DNA of 64,000 bases from Leptogorgia sarmentosa (GCA_964658305.1 OZ210885.1:14198001-14262000); one strand, 5' to 3'. Shown: positions 26,101-41,300, counted from the first letter of the stretch. Program-made: numbers and translations. Notes: generated by a model not told the origin, from the sequence alone.

Positions 26101-29100
26101 AGGTTGCTTCTTCATATATCACTGTTATGAAGGGTGTTAGAGAAGTTGGTTTAAATATAGCAAAATTTCACCACATTTATCCAACCTTGATAAATTAAAC
26201 GGCACATTGTCAATGACTCAAAAAACAAGGTTGCTTCTTCATATATCACTGTTATGAAGGGTGTTGGAGAAGTTGGTTAAATTATAGCAAAATTTCACCA
26301 CATTCATCAAACCTTGATAAATTAAATGCCACATTGTCAATGACTCAAAAAACAAGGTTCCTTCTTCATATATCACTGTTATTAACAGTGTTAGAGTAGT
26401 TGGTTTATAGCAAAATTTCACCACATTTAACCAACCTTGATAAATTAAACGCCACATCATCAATGACTCAAAAAAACAAGGTTGCTTTTTTATGAAGGGT
26501 GTTAGAGAATTTGGGTAAATTATAGCAAAATTTCACCACATTTAACCAACCTTGATAAATTAAACGCCACATCATCAATGACTCAAAAAAACAAGGTTGC
26601 TTTTTTATGAAGGGTGTTAGAGAATTTGGGTAAATTATAGCAAAATTTCACCACATTTATCCAACCTTCATAAATTAAACGCCACTTTGTCAATGACTAA
26701 AAAAAACAAGGTTGCTTCTTCATATATCACTGTTATTAACGGTGTTAGACAAGTTGATTTAAATATAGCAAAATTTCACCACATTTAACCACCCTTGATC
26801 AATTAAACGCCACATTGTCAATGACTCAAAAAAACAAGGTTGCTTTTTTATGAAGGGTGTTAGAGAAGTTGGTTAAATTATAGCAAAATTTCACCACATT
26901 TAACCAACCTTGATAAATTAAATGCCACATCGTCAATGACTAAAAAAAACAAGGTTGCTTTTTTATGAAAGGTGTTAGAGAAGTTGGTTAAATTATAGCA
27001 AAATTTCACCACATTTATCAAACCTTGATAAATTAAATGCCACATTGTCAATGACTCAAAAAACAAGGTTGCTTCTTCATATATCACTGTTATTAACAGT
27101 GTTAGAGTAGTTGGTTTATAGCAAAATTTCACCACATTTAACCAACCTTGATAAATTAAATGCCACATTGTCAATGACTCAAAAAAACAAGGTTGCTTCT
27201 TCATATATCACTGTTATGAAGGGTGTTGGAGAAGTTGGTTAAATTATAGCAAAATTTCACGACATTTAACCAACCTTGATAAATTAAATTCCACATGGTC
27301 AATGACTCAAAAAAACAAGGTTGCTTCTTCATATATCACTGTTATGAAGGGTGTTAGAGAAGTTGGTTAAAACATACCAAAATTTCACCACATTTAACCA
27401 ACCTTGATAAATTAAATGCCACATCGTCAATGACTCAAAAAAACAAGGTTGCTTTTTTATGAAAGGTGTTAGAGAAGTTGGTTAAATGATAGCAAAATTT
27501 CACCACATTTAACCAACCTTGATAAATTAAATGCCACATCGTCAATGACTAAAAAAAACAAGGTTGCTTTTTTATGAAAGCTGTTAGAGAAGTTGGTTAA
27601 ATTATAGCAAAATTTCACCACATTTATCAAACCTTGATAAATTAAACGCCACATCATCAATGACTCAAAAAAACAAGGTTGCTTTTTTATGAAAGCTGTT
27701 AGAGAAGTTGGTTAAATTATAGCAAAATTTCACCACATTTAACCAACCTTGATAAATTAAATGCCACATTGTCAATGACTCAAAAAAACAAGGTTGCTTC
27801 TTCATATATCACTGTTATGAAGGGTGTTGGAGAAGTTGGTTAAATTATAGCAAAATTTCACGACATTTAACCAACCTTGATAAATTAAATGCCACATGGT
27901 CAATGACTCAAAAAAACAAGGTTGCTTCTTCATATATCACTGTTATGAAGGGTGTTAGAGAAGTTGGTTAAAATATACCAAAATTTCACCACATTTAACC
28001 AACCTTGATAAATTAAATGCCACATCGTCAATGACTCAAAAAAACAAGGTTGCTTTTTTATGAAAGGTGTTAGAGAAGTTGGTTAAATGATAGCAAAATT
28101 TCACCACATTTAACCAACCTTGATAAATTAAATGCCACATCGTCAATGACTAAAAAAAACAAGGTTGCTTTTTTATGAAAGCTGTTAGAGAAGTTGGTTA
28201 AATTATAGCAAAATTTCACCACATTTATCAAACCTTGATAAATTAAATGCCACATCATCAATGACTCAAAAAAACAAGGTTGCTTTTTTATGAAAGCTGT
28301 TAGAGAAGTTGGTTAAATTATAGCAAAATTTCACCACATTTAACCAACCTTGATAAATTAAATGCCACATTGTCAATGACTCAAAAAAACAAGGTTGCTT
28401 CTTCATATATCACTGTTATGAAGGGTGTTGGAGAAGTTGGTTAAATTATAGCAAAATTTCACGACATTTAACCAACCTTGATAAATTAAATGCCACATGG
28501 TCAATGACTCAAAAAAACAAGGTTGCTTCTTCATATATCACTGTTATGAAGGGTGTTAGAGAAGTTGGTTAAAATATACCAAAATTTCACCACATTTAAC
28601 CAACCTTGATAAATTAAATGCCACATCGTCAATGACTCAAAAAAACAAGGTTGCTTGTTCATATATCACTGTTATGAAGGGTGTTAGAGAAGTTCGTTAA
28701 AATATAGCAACATTTCGCCACATTGAACCAACCTTGATAAATTAAACGCCACATTGTCAATGACTCAAAAAAACAAGGTTGCTTCTTCATATATCAGTGT
28801 TAGAGAAGTTGGTTTAAATATAGCAAAATTTCACCACATTTAACCAACCTTGATAAATTAAACGCCACATTGTCAATGACTCAAAAAAACAAGGTTGCTT
28901 CTTCATATATCACTGTTATGAAGGGTGTTGGAGAAGTTGGTTAAATTATAGCAAAATTTCACCACATTAAACCAACCTTGATAAATTAAACGCCACATTG
29001 TCAATGACTCAAAAAAACAAGGTTGCTTCTTCATATATCACTGTTATGAAGGGTGTTAGAGAAGTTGGTTTAAATAAAGCAACATTTCACCACATTTAAC

Positions 29101-29390
29101 CAACCTTGATAAATTAAACGCCACATTGTCAATGACTAAAAAAACAAGGTTGCTTCTTCACATATCACTGTTACTAACGGTGTTAGAGAAGTTGGTTTAT
29201 AGCAAAATTTCACCACATTTAACCAACGTTGATAAATTAAACGCCACATCATCAATGACTCAAAAAAACAAGTTTGCTTCTTCATATAACACTGTTATGA
29301 AGGGTGTTGGAGAACTTGGTTAAATTATAGAAAAATTTCACCACATTTAACCAACCTTGATAAATTAAATGCCACATTGTCAATGACTCA
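20190..29390 (+). repeat. Triplicated ~2.1-kb core with different linkers (offsets 3,055 and 3,540 bp)
   Basis: Identical ORF triplets start at 20283/20874/21475, 23338/23929/24530 and 26878/27469/28070. Confidence 0.85.
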
Positions 29391-31402
29391 AAAAAACAAG
29401 GTTGCTTCTTCATATATCACTGTTATGAAGGGTGTTGGAGAAGTTGGTTAAATTATAGCAAAATTTCACCACATTTAACCAATCTTGATAAATTAAATGC
29501 CACATGGTCAATGACTCAAAAAAACAAGGTTGCTTCTTCATATATCACTGTTATGAAGGGTGTTAGAGAAGTTGATTAAAATATACCAAAATTTCACCAC
29601 ATTTAACCAACCTTGATAAATTAAATGCCACATCGTCAATGACTCAAAAAAACAAGGTTGCTTGTTCATATATCACTGTTGTGAAGGGTGTTGGAGAAGT
29701 TCGTTAAAATATAGCAACATTTCGCCACATTGAACCAACCTTGATAAATTAAACGCCACGTCGTCAATGGCTCAAAAAAACAAGGTTGCTTCTTCATATA
29801 TCACTGTTATGAAGGGTGTTAGAGAAGTTGGTTTATAGCAAAATTTCACCACATTTAACCAACCTTGATAAATTAAACGCCACATCATCAATGACTCAAA
29901 AAAACAAGGTTGCTTTTTTATGAAAGGTGTTACAGAAGTTGGTTAAATTATAGCAAAATTTCACCACATTTATCCAACCTTGATAAATTAAACGCCACTT
30001 TGTCAATGACTCAAAAAACAAGGTTGCTTCTTCATATATCACTGTTATTAACAGTGTTAGAGAAGTTGGTTTAAATATAGCAAAATTTCACCACATTTAA
30101 CCAACCTTGATAAATTAAACGCCACATTGTCAATGACTCAAAAAAACAAGGTTGCTTCTTCATATATCACTGTTATGAAGGGTGTTGGAGAAGTTGGTTA
30201 AATTATAGCAAAATTTCACCACATTTAAGCAACCTTGATAAATTAAACGCCACATCGTGAATGACTAAAAAAAACAAGGTTGCTTCTTCATATATCACTG
30301 TTATGAAGGGTGTTAGAGAAGTTGATTTAAATATAGCAAAATTTCACCACATTTAACCAACCTTGATAAATTAAATGCCACATCGTCAATGACTAAAAAA
30401 AACAAGGTTGCTTTTTGATGAAAGGTGTTAGAGAAGTTGGTTAAATTATAGCAAAATTTCACCACATTTATCAAACCTTGATAAATTAAACGCCACATTG
30501 TCAATGACTCAAAAAACAAGGTTGCTTCTTCATATATCACTGTTATTAATGGTGTTAGAGAAGTTGGTTTATAGCAAAATTTCACCACATTTAACCAACC
30601 TTGATAAATTAAACGCCACATCATCAATGACTCAAAAAAACAAGGTTGCTTTTTTATGAAGGGTGTTAGAGAATTTGGGTAAATTATAGCAAAATTTCAC
30701 CACACTTATCCAACCTTGATAAATTAAACGCCACATTGTCAATGACTCAAAAAACAAGGTTGCTTCTTCATATATCACTGTTATTAACAGTGTTAGAGAA
30801 GTTGGTTTAAATATAGCAAAATTTCACCACATTTAACCAACCTTGATAAATTAAACGCCACATTGTCAATGACTCAAAAAAAACAAGGTTGCTTCTTCAT
30901 ATATCACTGTTATGAAGGGTGTTGGAGAAGTTGGTTAAATTATAGCAAAATTTCACCACATTTAACCAACCTTGATAAATTAAACGCCACACTGTGAATG
31001 ACTAAAAAAAACAAGGTTGCTTCTTCATATATCACTGTTATGAAGGGTGTTAGAGAAGTTGGTTTAAATATAGCAAAATTTCACCACATTTATCCAACCT
31101 TGATAAATTAAACGGCACATTGTCAATGACTCAAAAAACAAGGTTGCTTCTTCATATATCACTGTTATGAAGGGTGTTGGAGAAGTTGGTTAAATTATAG
31201 CAAAATTTCACCACATTCATCAAACCTTGATAAATTAAATGCCACATTGTCAATGACTCAAAAAACAAGGTTCCTTCTTCATATATCACTGTTATTAACA
31301 GTGTTAGAGTAGTTGGTTTATAGCAAAATTTCACCACATTTAACCAACCTTGATAAATTAAACGCCACATCATCAATGACTCAAAAAAACAAGGTTGCTT
31401 TT

Positions 31403-34400
31403 TTATGAAGGGTGTTAGAGAATTTGGGTAAATTATAGCAAAATTTCACCACATTTATCCAACCTTCATAAATTAAACGCCACTTTGTCAATGACTCAAA
31501 AAACAAGGTTGCTTCTTCATATATCACTGTTATGAAGGGTGTTAGAGAAGTTGGTTTAAATATAGCAAAATTTCACCACATTTAACCACCCTTGATCAAT
31601 TAAACGCCACATTGTCAATGACTCAAAAAAACAAGGTTGCTTTTTTATGAAGGGTGTTAGAGAAGTTGGTTAAATTATAGCATAATTTCACCACATTTAA
31701 CCAACCTTGATAAATTAAACGCCACATTGTCAATGACTCAAAAAAACAAGGTTGCGTTTTTATGAAGGGTTTTAGAGAAGTTGGTTAAATTATAGCAAAA
31801 TTTCACCACATTTAACCAACCTTGATAAATTAAACGCCACATTGTGAATGACTAAAAAAAACAAGGTTGCTTCTTCATATATCACTGTTATGAAGGGTGT
31901 TAGAGAAGTTGGTTTAAATAAAGCAACATTTCACCACATTTAACCAACCTTGATAAATTAAATGCCACATCGTCAATGACTAAAAAAAACAAGGTTGCTT
32001 TTTTATGAAAGCTGTTAGAGAAGTTGGTTAAATTATAGCAAAATTTCACCACATTTATCAAACCTTGATAAATTAAACGCCACATCATCAATGACTCAAA
32101 AAAACAAGGTTGCTTTTTTATGAAAGCTGTTAGAGAAGTTGGTTAAATTATAGCAAAATTTCACCACATTTAACCAACCTTGATAAATTAAATGCCACAT
32201 TGTCAATGACTCAAAAAAACAAGGTTGCTTCTTCATATATCACTGTTATGAAGGGTGTTGGAGAAGTTGGTTAAATTATAGCAAAATTTCACGACATTTA
32301 ACCAACCTTGATAAATTAAATTCCACATGGTCAATGACTCAAAAAAACAAGGTTGCTTCTTCATATATCACTGTTATGAAGGGTGTTAGAGAAGTTGGTT
32401 AAAACATACCAAAATTTCACCACATTTAACCAACCTTGATAAATTAAATGCCACATCGTCAATGACTCAAAAAAACAAGGTTGCTTTTTTATGAAAGGTG
32501 TTAGAGAAGTTGGTTAAATGATAGCAAAATTTCACCACATTTAACCAACCTTGATAAATTAAATGCCACATCGTCAATGACTAAAAAAAACAAGGTTGCT
32601 TTTTTATGAAAGCTGTTAGAGAAGTTGGTTAAATTATAGCAAAATTTCACCACATTTATCAAACCTTGATAAATTAAACGCCACATCATCAATGATTCAA
32701 AAAAACAAGGTTGCTTTTTTATGAAAGCTGTTAGAGAAGTTGGTTAAATTATAGCAAAATTTCACCACATTTAACCAACCTTGATAAATTAAATGCCACA
32801 TTGTCAATGACTCAAAAAAACAAGGTTGCTTCTTCATATATCACTGTTATGAAGGGTGTTGGAGAAGTTGGTTAAATTATAGCAAAATTTCACGACATTT
32901 AACCAACCTTGATAAATTAAATGCCACATGGTCAATGACTCAAAAAAACAAGGTTGCTTCTTCATATATCACTGTTATGAAGGGTGTTAGAGAAGTTGGT
33001 TAAAATATACCAAAATTTCACCACATTTAACCAACCTTGATAAATTAAATGCCACATCGTCAATGACTCAAAAAAACAAGGTTGCTTGTTCATATATCAC
33101 TGTTATGAAGGGTGTTAGAGAAGTTCGTTAAAATATAGCAACATTTCGCCACATTGAACCAACCTTGATAAATTAAACGCCACGTCGTCAATGGCTCAAA
33201 AAAACAAGGTTGCTTCTTCATATATCACTGTTATGAAGGGTGTTAGAGAAGTTGGTTAAATTATAGCAAAATTTCACCACATTTAACCAACCTTAATAAA
33301 TTAAACGCCACATTGTCAATGACTCAAAAAACAAGGTTGCTTCTTCATATATCACTGTTATGAAGGGTGTTGGAGAAGTTGGTTAAATTATAGCAAAATT
33401 TCACGACATTTAACCAACCTTGATAAATTAAATGCCACATGGTCAATGACTCAAAAAAACAAGGTTGCTTCTTCATATATCACTGTTATGAAGGGTGTTA
33501 GAGAAGTTGGTTAAAATATACCAAAATTTCACCACATTTAACCAACCTTGATAAATTAAATGCCACATCGTCAATGACTCAAAAAAACAAGGTTGCTTGT
33601 TCATATATCACTGTTATGAAGGGTGTTAGAGAAGTTCGTTAAAATATAGCAACATTTCGCCACATTGAACCAACCTTGATAAATTAAACGCCACGTCGTC
33701 AATGGCTCAAAAAAACAAGGTTGCTTCTTCATATATCACTGTTATGAAGGGTGTTAGAGAAGTTGGTTAAATTATAGCAAAATTTCACCACATTTAACCA
33801 ACCTTAATAAATTAAACGCCACATTGTCAATGACTCAAAAAACAAGGTTGCTTCTTCATATATCACTGTTATTAATGGTGTTAGAGAAGTTGGTTTAAAT
33901 ATAGCAAAATTTCACCACATTTAACCAACCTTGATAAATTAAACGCCACATCATCAATGACACAAAAAACAAGGTTGCTTCTTCATATATCACTGTTATG
34001 AAGGGTGTTAGAGAAGTTGGTTAAATTATAGCAAAATTTCACCACATTTAACCAACCTTAATAAATTAAACGCCACATTGTCAATGACTCAAAAAACAAG
34101 GTTGCTTCTTCATATATCACTGTTATTAATGGTGTTGGAGAAGTTGGTTTAAATATAGCAAAATTTCACCACATTTAACCAACCTTGATAAATTAAACGC
34201 CACGTCATCAATGACTCAAAAAACAAGGTTGCTTCTTCATATATCACTGTTATTAACGGTGTTAGAGAAGTTGGTTTATAGCAAAATTTCACCACATTTA
34301 ACCAACCTTGATAAATTAAACGCCACATCGTCAATGACTCAAAAAAACAAGGTTGCTTTTTTATGAAAGGTGTTAGAGAAGTTGGTTAAATTATAGCAAA

Positions 34401-37400
34401 ATTTCACCACATTTAACCAACCTTGATAAATTAAATGCCACATCGTCAATGACTAAAAAAAACAAGGTTGCTTTTTGATGAAAGGTGTTAGAGAAGTTGG
34501 TTAAATTATAGCAAAATTTCACCACATTTATCAAACCTTGATAAATTAAACGCCACATTGTCAATGACTAAAAAAACAAGGTTGCTTCTTCATATATCAC
34601 TGTCATTAACGGTGTTAGAGAAGTTGGTTTATAGCAAAATTTCACCACATTTAACCAACCTTGATAAATTAAACGCCACATCATCAATGACTCAAAAAAA
34701 CAAGGTTGCTTTTTTATGAAGGGTGTTAGAGAATTTGGGTAAATTATAGCAAAATTTCGCCACATTGTCAATGACTCAAAAAACAAGGTTGCTTCTTCAT
34801 ATATCACTGTTATTAACAGTGTTAGAGAAGTTGGTTTAAATATAGCAAAATTTCACCACATTTAACCAACCTTGATAAATTAAACGCCACATTGTCAATG
34901 ACTCAAAAAAACAAGGTTGCTTCTTCATATATCACTGTTATGAAGGGTGTTGGAGAAGTTGGTTAAATTATAGCAAAATTTCACCACATTAAACCAACCT
35001 TGATAAATTAAACGCCACATCATCAATGACTCAAAAAAACAAGGTTGCTTTTTTATGAAGGGTGTTAGAGAAGTTGGTTAAATTATAGCAAAATTTCACC
35101 ACATTTAACCAACCTTGATAAATTAAACGCCACACTGTGAATGACTAAAAAAAACAAGGTTGCTTCTTCATATATCACTGTTATGAAGGGTGTTAGAGAA
35201 GTTGGTTTAAATATAGCAAAATTTCACCACATTTAACCACCCTTGATCAATTAAACGCCACATTGTCAATGACTCAAAAAAACAAGGTTGCTTTTTTATG
35301 AAGGGTGTTAGAGAAGTTGGTTAAATTATAGCAAAATTTCACCACATTTAACCAACCTTGATAAATTAAATGCCACATCGTCAATGACTAAAAAAAACAA
35401 GGTTGCTTTTTTATGAAAGGTGTTAGAGAAGTTGGTTAAATTATAGCAAAATTTCACCACATTTATCAAACCTTGATAAATTAAATGCCACATTGTCAAT
35501 GACTCAAAAAACAAGGTTGCTTCTTCATATATCACTGTTATTAACAGTGTTAGAGTAGTTGGTTTATAGCAAAATTTCACCACATTTAACCAACGTTGAT
35601 AAATTAAACGCCACATCATCAATGACTCAAAAAAACAAGGTTGCTTTTTTATGAAGGGTGTTAGAGAATTTGGGTAAATTATAGCAAAATTTCACCACAT
35701 TTATCCAACCTTGATAAATTAAACGCCACTTTGTCAATGACTCAAAAAACAAGGTTGCTTCTTCATATATCACTGTTATTAACAGTGTTAGAGAAGTTGG
35801 TTTAAATATAGCAAAATTTCACCACATTTAACCAACCTTGATAAATTAAACGCCACATTGTCAATGACTAAAAAAAACAAGGTTGCTTTTTTATGAAGGG
35901 TGTTAGAGAAGTTGGTTAAATTAGAGCAAAATTTCACCACATTTAACCAACCTTGATAAATTAAATGCCACATTGTGAATGACTCAAAAAAACAAGGTTG
36001 CTTCTTCATATATCACTGTTATGAAGGGTGTTAGAGAAGTTGGTTTAAATAAAGCAACATTTCACCACATTTAACCAACCTTGATAAATTAAACGCCACA
36101 TCATCAATGACTAAAAAAAACAAGGTTACTTCTTCATATAACACTGTTATGAAGGGTGTTAGAGAAGTTGGTTAAATTATAGCAAAATTTCACCACATTT
36201 ATCCAACCTTGATAAATTAAACGGCACATTGTCAATGACTCAAAAAACAAGGTTGCTTCTTCATATATCACTGTTATTAACGGTGTTAGACAAGTTGATT
36301 TAAATATAGCAAAATTTCACCACATTTAACCAACCTTGATAAATTAAACGCCACATCATCAATGACTCAAAAAAACAAGGTTGCTTTTTTATGAAGGGTG
36401 TTAGAGAATTTGGGTAAATTATAGCAAAATTTCACCACATTTATCCAACCTTGATAAATTAAAGGCCACATTGTCAATGACTCAAAAAACAAGGTTGCTT
36501 CTTCACATATCACTGTTACTAACGGTGTTAGAGAAGTTGGTTTATAGCAAAATATCACCACAGTTAACCAACCTTAATCAATTAAACGCCATATCATCAA
36601 TGACTAAAAAAAACAAGGTTGCTTCTTCATATAACACTGTTATGAAGGGTGTTAGAGAAGTTGGTTAAATTATAGCAAAATTTCACCACATTTAACCAAC
36701 CTTGATAAATTAAACGCCACACTGTGAATGACTAAAAAAAACAAGGTTGCTTCTTCATATATCACTGTTATGAAGGGTGTTAGAGAAGTTGGTTTAAATA
36801 TAGCAAAATTTCACCACATTTAACCACCCTTGATCAATTAAACGCCACATTGTCAATGACTCAAAAAAACAAGGTTGCTTTTTTATGAAGGGTGTTAGAG
36901 AAGTTGGTTAAATTATAGCATAATTTCACCACATTTAACCAACCTTGATAAATTAAATGCCACATCGTCAATGACTAAAAAAAACAAGGTTGCTTTTTTA
37001 TGAAAGGTGTTAGAGAAGTTGGTTAAATTATAGCAAAATTTCACCACATTTATCAAACCTTGATAAATTAAATGCCACATTGTCAATGACTCAAAAAACA
37101 AGGTTGCTTCTTCATATATCACTGTTATTAACAGTGTTAGAGTAGTTGGTTTATAGCAAAATTTCACCACATTTAACCAACCTTGATAAATTAAACGCCA
37201 CATCATCAATGACTCAAAAAAACAAGGTTGCTTTTTTATGAAGGGTGTTAGAGAATTTGGGTAAATTATAGCAAAATTTCACCACATTTATCCAACCTTG
37301 ATAAATTAAACGCCACTTTGTCAATGACTCAAAAAACAAGGTTGCTTCTTCATATATCACTGTTATTAACAGTGTTAGAGAAGTTGGTTTAAATATAGCA

Positions 37401-38377
37401 AAATTTCACCACATTTAACCAACCTTGATAAATTAAACGCCACATTGTCAATGACTCAAAAAAACAAGGTTGCTTTTTTATGAAGGGTGTTAGAGAAGTT
37501 GGTTAAATTATAGCAAAATTTCACCACATTTAACCAACCTTGATAAATTAAATGCCACATTGTGAATGACTCAAAAAAACAAGGTTGCTTCTTCATATAT
37601 CACTGTTATGAAGGGTGTTAGAGAAGTTGGTTTAAATAAAGCAACATTTCACCACATTTAACCAACCTTGATAAATTAAACGCCACATTGTCAATGACTC
37701 AAAAAAACAAGGTTGCGTTTTTATGAAGGGTTTTAGAGAAGTTGGTTAAATTATAGCAAAATTTCACCACATTTAACCAACCTTGATAAATTAAACGCCA
37801 CATTGTGAATGACTAAAAAAAACAAGGTTGCTTCTTCATATATCACTGTTATGAAGGGTGTTAGAGAAGTTGGTTTAAATAAAGCAACATTTCACCACAT
37901 TTAACCAACCTTGATAAATTAAATGCCACATCGTCAATGACTAAAAAAAACAAGGTTGCTTTTTTATGAAAGCTGTTAGAGAAGTTGGTTAAATTATAGC
38001 AAAATTTCACCACATTTATCAAACCTTGATAAATTAAACGCCACATCATCAATGACTCAAAAAAACAAGGTTGCTTTTTTATGAAAGCTGTTAGAGAAGT
38101 TGGTTAAATTATAGCAAAATTTCACCACATTTAACCAACCTTGATAAATTAAATGCCACATTGTCAATGACTCAAAAAAACAAGGTTGCTTCTTCATATA
38201 TCACTGTTATGAAGGGTGTTGGAGAAGTTGGTTAAATTATAGCAAAATTTCACGACATTTAACCAACCTTGATAAATTAAATTCCACATGGTCAATGACT
38301 CAAAAAAACAAGGTTGCTTCTTCATATATCACTGTTATGAAGGGTGTTAGAGAAGTTGGTTAAAACATACCAAAATT
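31403..38377 (+). repeat. Distal near-identical copy of ~1928-8903 (offset 29,475, then 29,474)
   Basis: ORFs 31900-36009 equal ORFs 2425-6534 at +29475, and ORFs 36367-38052 equal 6893-8578 at +29474. The 31-bp deletion is shared (34756). The 1-bp shift is explained by the extra T at ~6811 being absent at ~36286. Confidence 0.9.
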
Positions 38378-41300
38378 TAACCAACCTTGATAAATTAAAT
38401 GCCACATCGTCAATGACTAAAAAAAACAAGGTTGCTTTTTTATGAAAGCTGTTAGAGAAGTTGGTTAAATTATAGCAAAATTTCACCACATTTATCAAAC
38501 CTTGATAAATTAAACGCCACATCATCAATGACTCAAAAAAACAAGGTTGCTTTTTTATGAAAGCTGTTAGAGAAGTTGGTTAAATTATAGCAAAATTTCA
38601 CCACATTTAACCAACCTTGATAAATTAAATGCCACATTGTCAATGACTCAAAAAAACAAGGTTGCTTCTTCATATATCACTGTTATGAAGGGTGTTGGAG
38701 AAGTTGGTTAAATTATAGCAAAATTTCACGACATTTAACCAACCTTGATAAATTAAATGCCACATGGTCAATGACTCAAAAAAACAAGGTTGCTTCTTCA
38801 TATATCACTGTTATGAAGGGTGTTAGAGAAGTTGGTTAAAATATACCAAAATTTCACGACATTTAACCAACCTTGATAAATTAAATGCCACATGGTCAAT
38901 GACTCAAAAAAACAAGGTTGCTTCTTCATATATCACTGTTATGAAGGGTGTTAGAGAAGTTGGTTAAAATATACCAAAATTTCACCACATTTAACCAACC
39001 TTGATAAATTAAATGCCACATCGTCAATGACTCAAAAAAACAAGGTTGCTTGTTCATATATCACTGTTATGAAGGGTGTTAGAGAAGTTCGTTAAAATAT
39101 AGCAACATTTCGCCACATTGAACCAACCTTGATAAATTAAACGCCACGTCGTCAATGGCTCAAAAAAACAAGGTTGCTTCTTCATATATCACTGTTATGA
39201 AGGGTGTTAGAGAAGTTGGTTAAATTATAGCAAAATTTCACCACATTTAACCAACCTTAATAAATTAAACGCCACATTGTCAATGACTCAAAAAACAAGG
39301 TTGCTTCTTCATATATCACTGTTATGAAGGGTGTTGGAGAAGTTGGTTAAATTATAGCAAAATTTCACGACATTTAACCAACCTTGATAAATTAAATGCC
39401 ACATGGTCAATGACTCAAAAAAACAAGGTTGCTTCTTCATATATCACTGTTATGAAGGGTGTTAGAGAAGTTGGTTAAAATATACCAAAATTTCACCACA
39501 TTTAACCAACCTTGATAAATTAAATGCCACATCGTCAATGACTCAAAAAAACAAGGTTGCTTGTTCATATATCACTGTTATGAAGGGTGTTAGAGAAGTT
39601 CGTTAAAATATAGCAACATTTCGCCACATTGAACCAACCTTGATAAATTAAACGCCACGTCGTCAATGGCTCAAAAAAACAAGGTTGCTTCTTCATATAT
39701 CACTGTTATGAAGGGTGTTAGAGAAGTTGGTTAAATTATAGCAAAATTTCACCACATTTAACCAACCTTAATAAATTAAACGCCACATTGTCAATGACTC
39801 AAAAAACAAGGTTGCTTCTTCATATATCACTGTTATTAATGGTGTTAGAGAAGTTGGTTTAAATATAGCAAAATTTCACCACATTTAACCAACCTTGATA
39901 AATTAAACGCCACATCATCAATGACACAAAAAACAAGGTTGCTTCTTCATATATCACTGTTATGAAGGGTGTTAGAGAAGTTGGTTTAAATATAGCAAAA
40001 TTTCACCACATTTAACCAACCTTGATAAATTAAACGCCACATCATCAATGACACAAAAAACAAGGTTGCTTCTTCATATATCACTGTTATTAACAGTGTT
40101 AGAGTAGTTGGTTTATAGCAAAATTTCACCACATTTAACCAACCTTGATAAATTAAACGCCACATCATCAATGACTCAAAAAAACAAGGTTGCTTTTTTA
40201 TGAAGGGTGTTAGAGAATTTGGGTAAATTATAGCAAAATTTCACCACATTTATCCAACCTTGATAAATTAAACGCCACTTTGTCAATGACTCAAAAAACA
40301 AGGTTGCTTCTTCATATATCACTGTTATTAACAGTGTTAGAGAAGTTGGTTTAAATATAGCAAAATTTCACCACATTTAACCAACCTTGATAAATTAAAC
40401 GCCACATTGTCAATGACTCAAAAAAACAAGGTTGCTTTTTTATGAAGGGTGTTAGAGAAGTTGGTTAAATTATAGCAAAATTTCACCACATTTAACCAAC
40501 CTTGATAAATTAAATGCCACATTGTGAATGACTCAAAAAAACAAGGTTGCTTCTTCATATATCACTGTTATGAAGGGTGTTAGAGAAGTTGGTTTAAATA
40601 AAGCAACATTTCACCACATTTAACCAACCTTGATAAATTAAACGCCACATTGTCAATGACTCAAAAAAACAAGGTTGCGTTTTTATGAAGGGTTTTAGAG
40701 AAGTTGGTTAAATTATAGCAAAATTTCACCACATTTAACCAACCTTGATAAATTAAACGCCACATTGTGAATGACTAAAAAAAACAAGGTTGCTTCTTCA
40801 TATATCACTGTTATGAAGGGTGTTAGAGAAGTTGGTTTAAATAAAGCAACATTTCACCACATTTAACCAACCTTGATAAATTAAATGCCACATCGTCAAT
40901 GACTAAAAAAAACAAGGTTGCTTTTTTATGAAAGCTGTTAGAGAAGTTGGTTAAATTATAGCAAAATTTCACCACATTTATCAAACCTTGATAAATTAAA
41001 CGCCACATCATCAATGACTCAAAAAAACAAGGTTGCTTTTTTATGAAAGCTGTTAGAGAAGTTGGTTAAATTATAGCAAAATTTCACCACATTTAACCAA
41101 CCTTGATAAATTAAATGCCACATTGTCAATGACTCAAAAAAACAAGGTTGCTTCTTCATATATCACTGTTATGAAGGGTGTTGGAGAAGTTGGTTAAATT
41201 ATAGCAAAATTTCACGACATTTAACCAACCTTGATAAATTAAATTCCACATGGTCAATGACTCAAAAAAACAAGGTTGCTTCTTCATATATCACTGTTAT

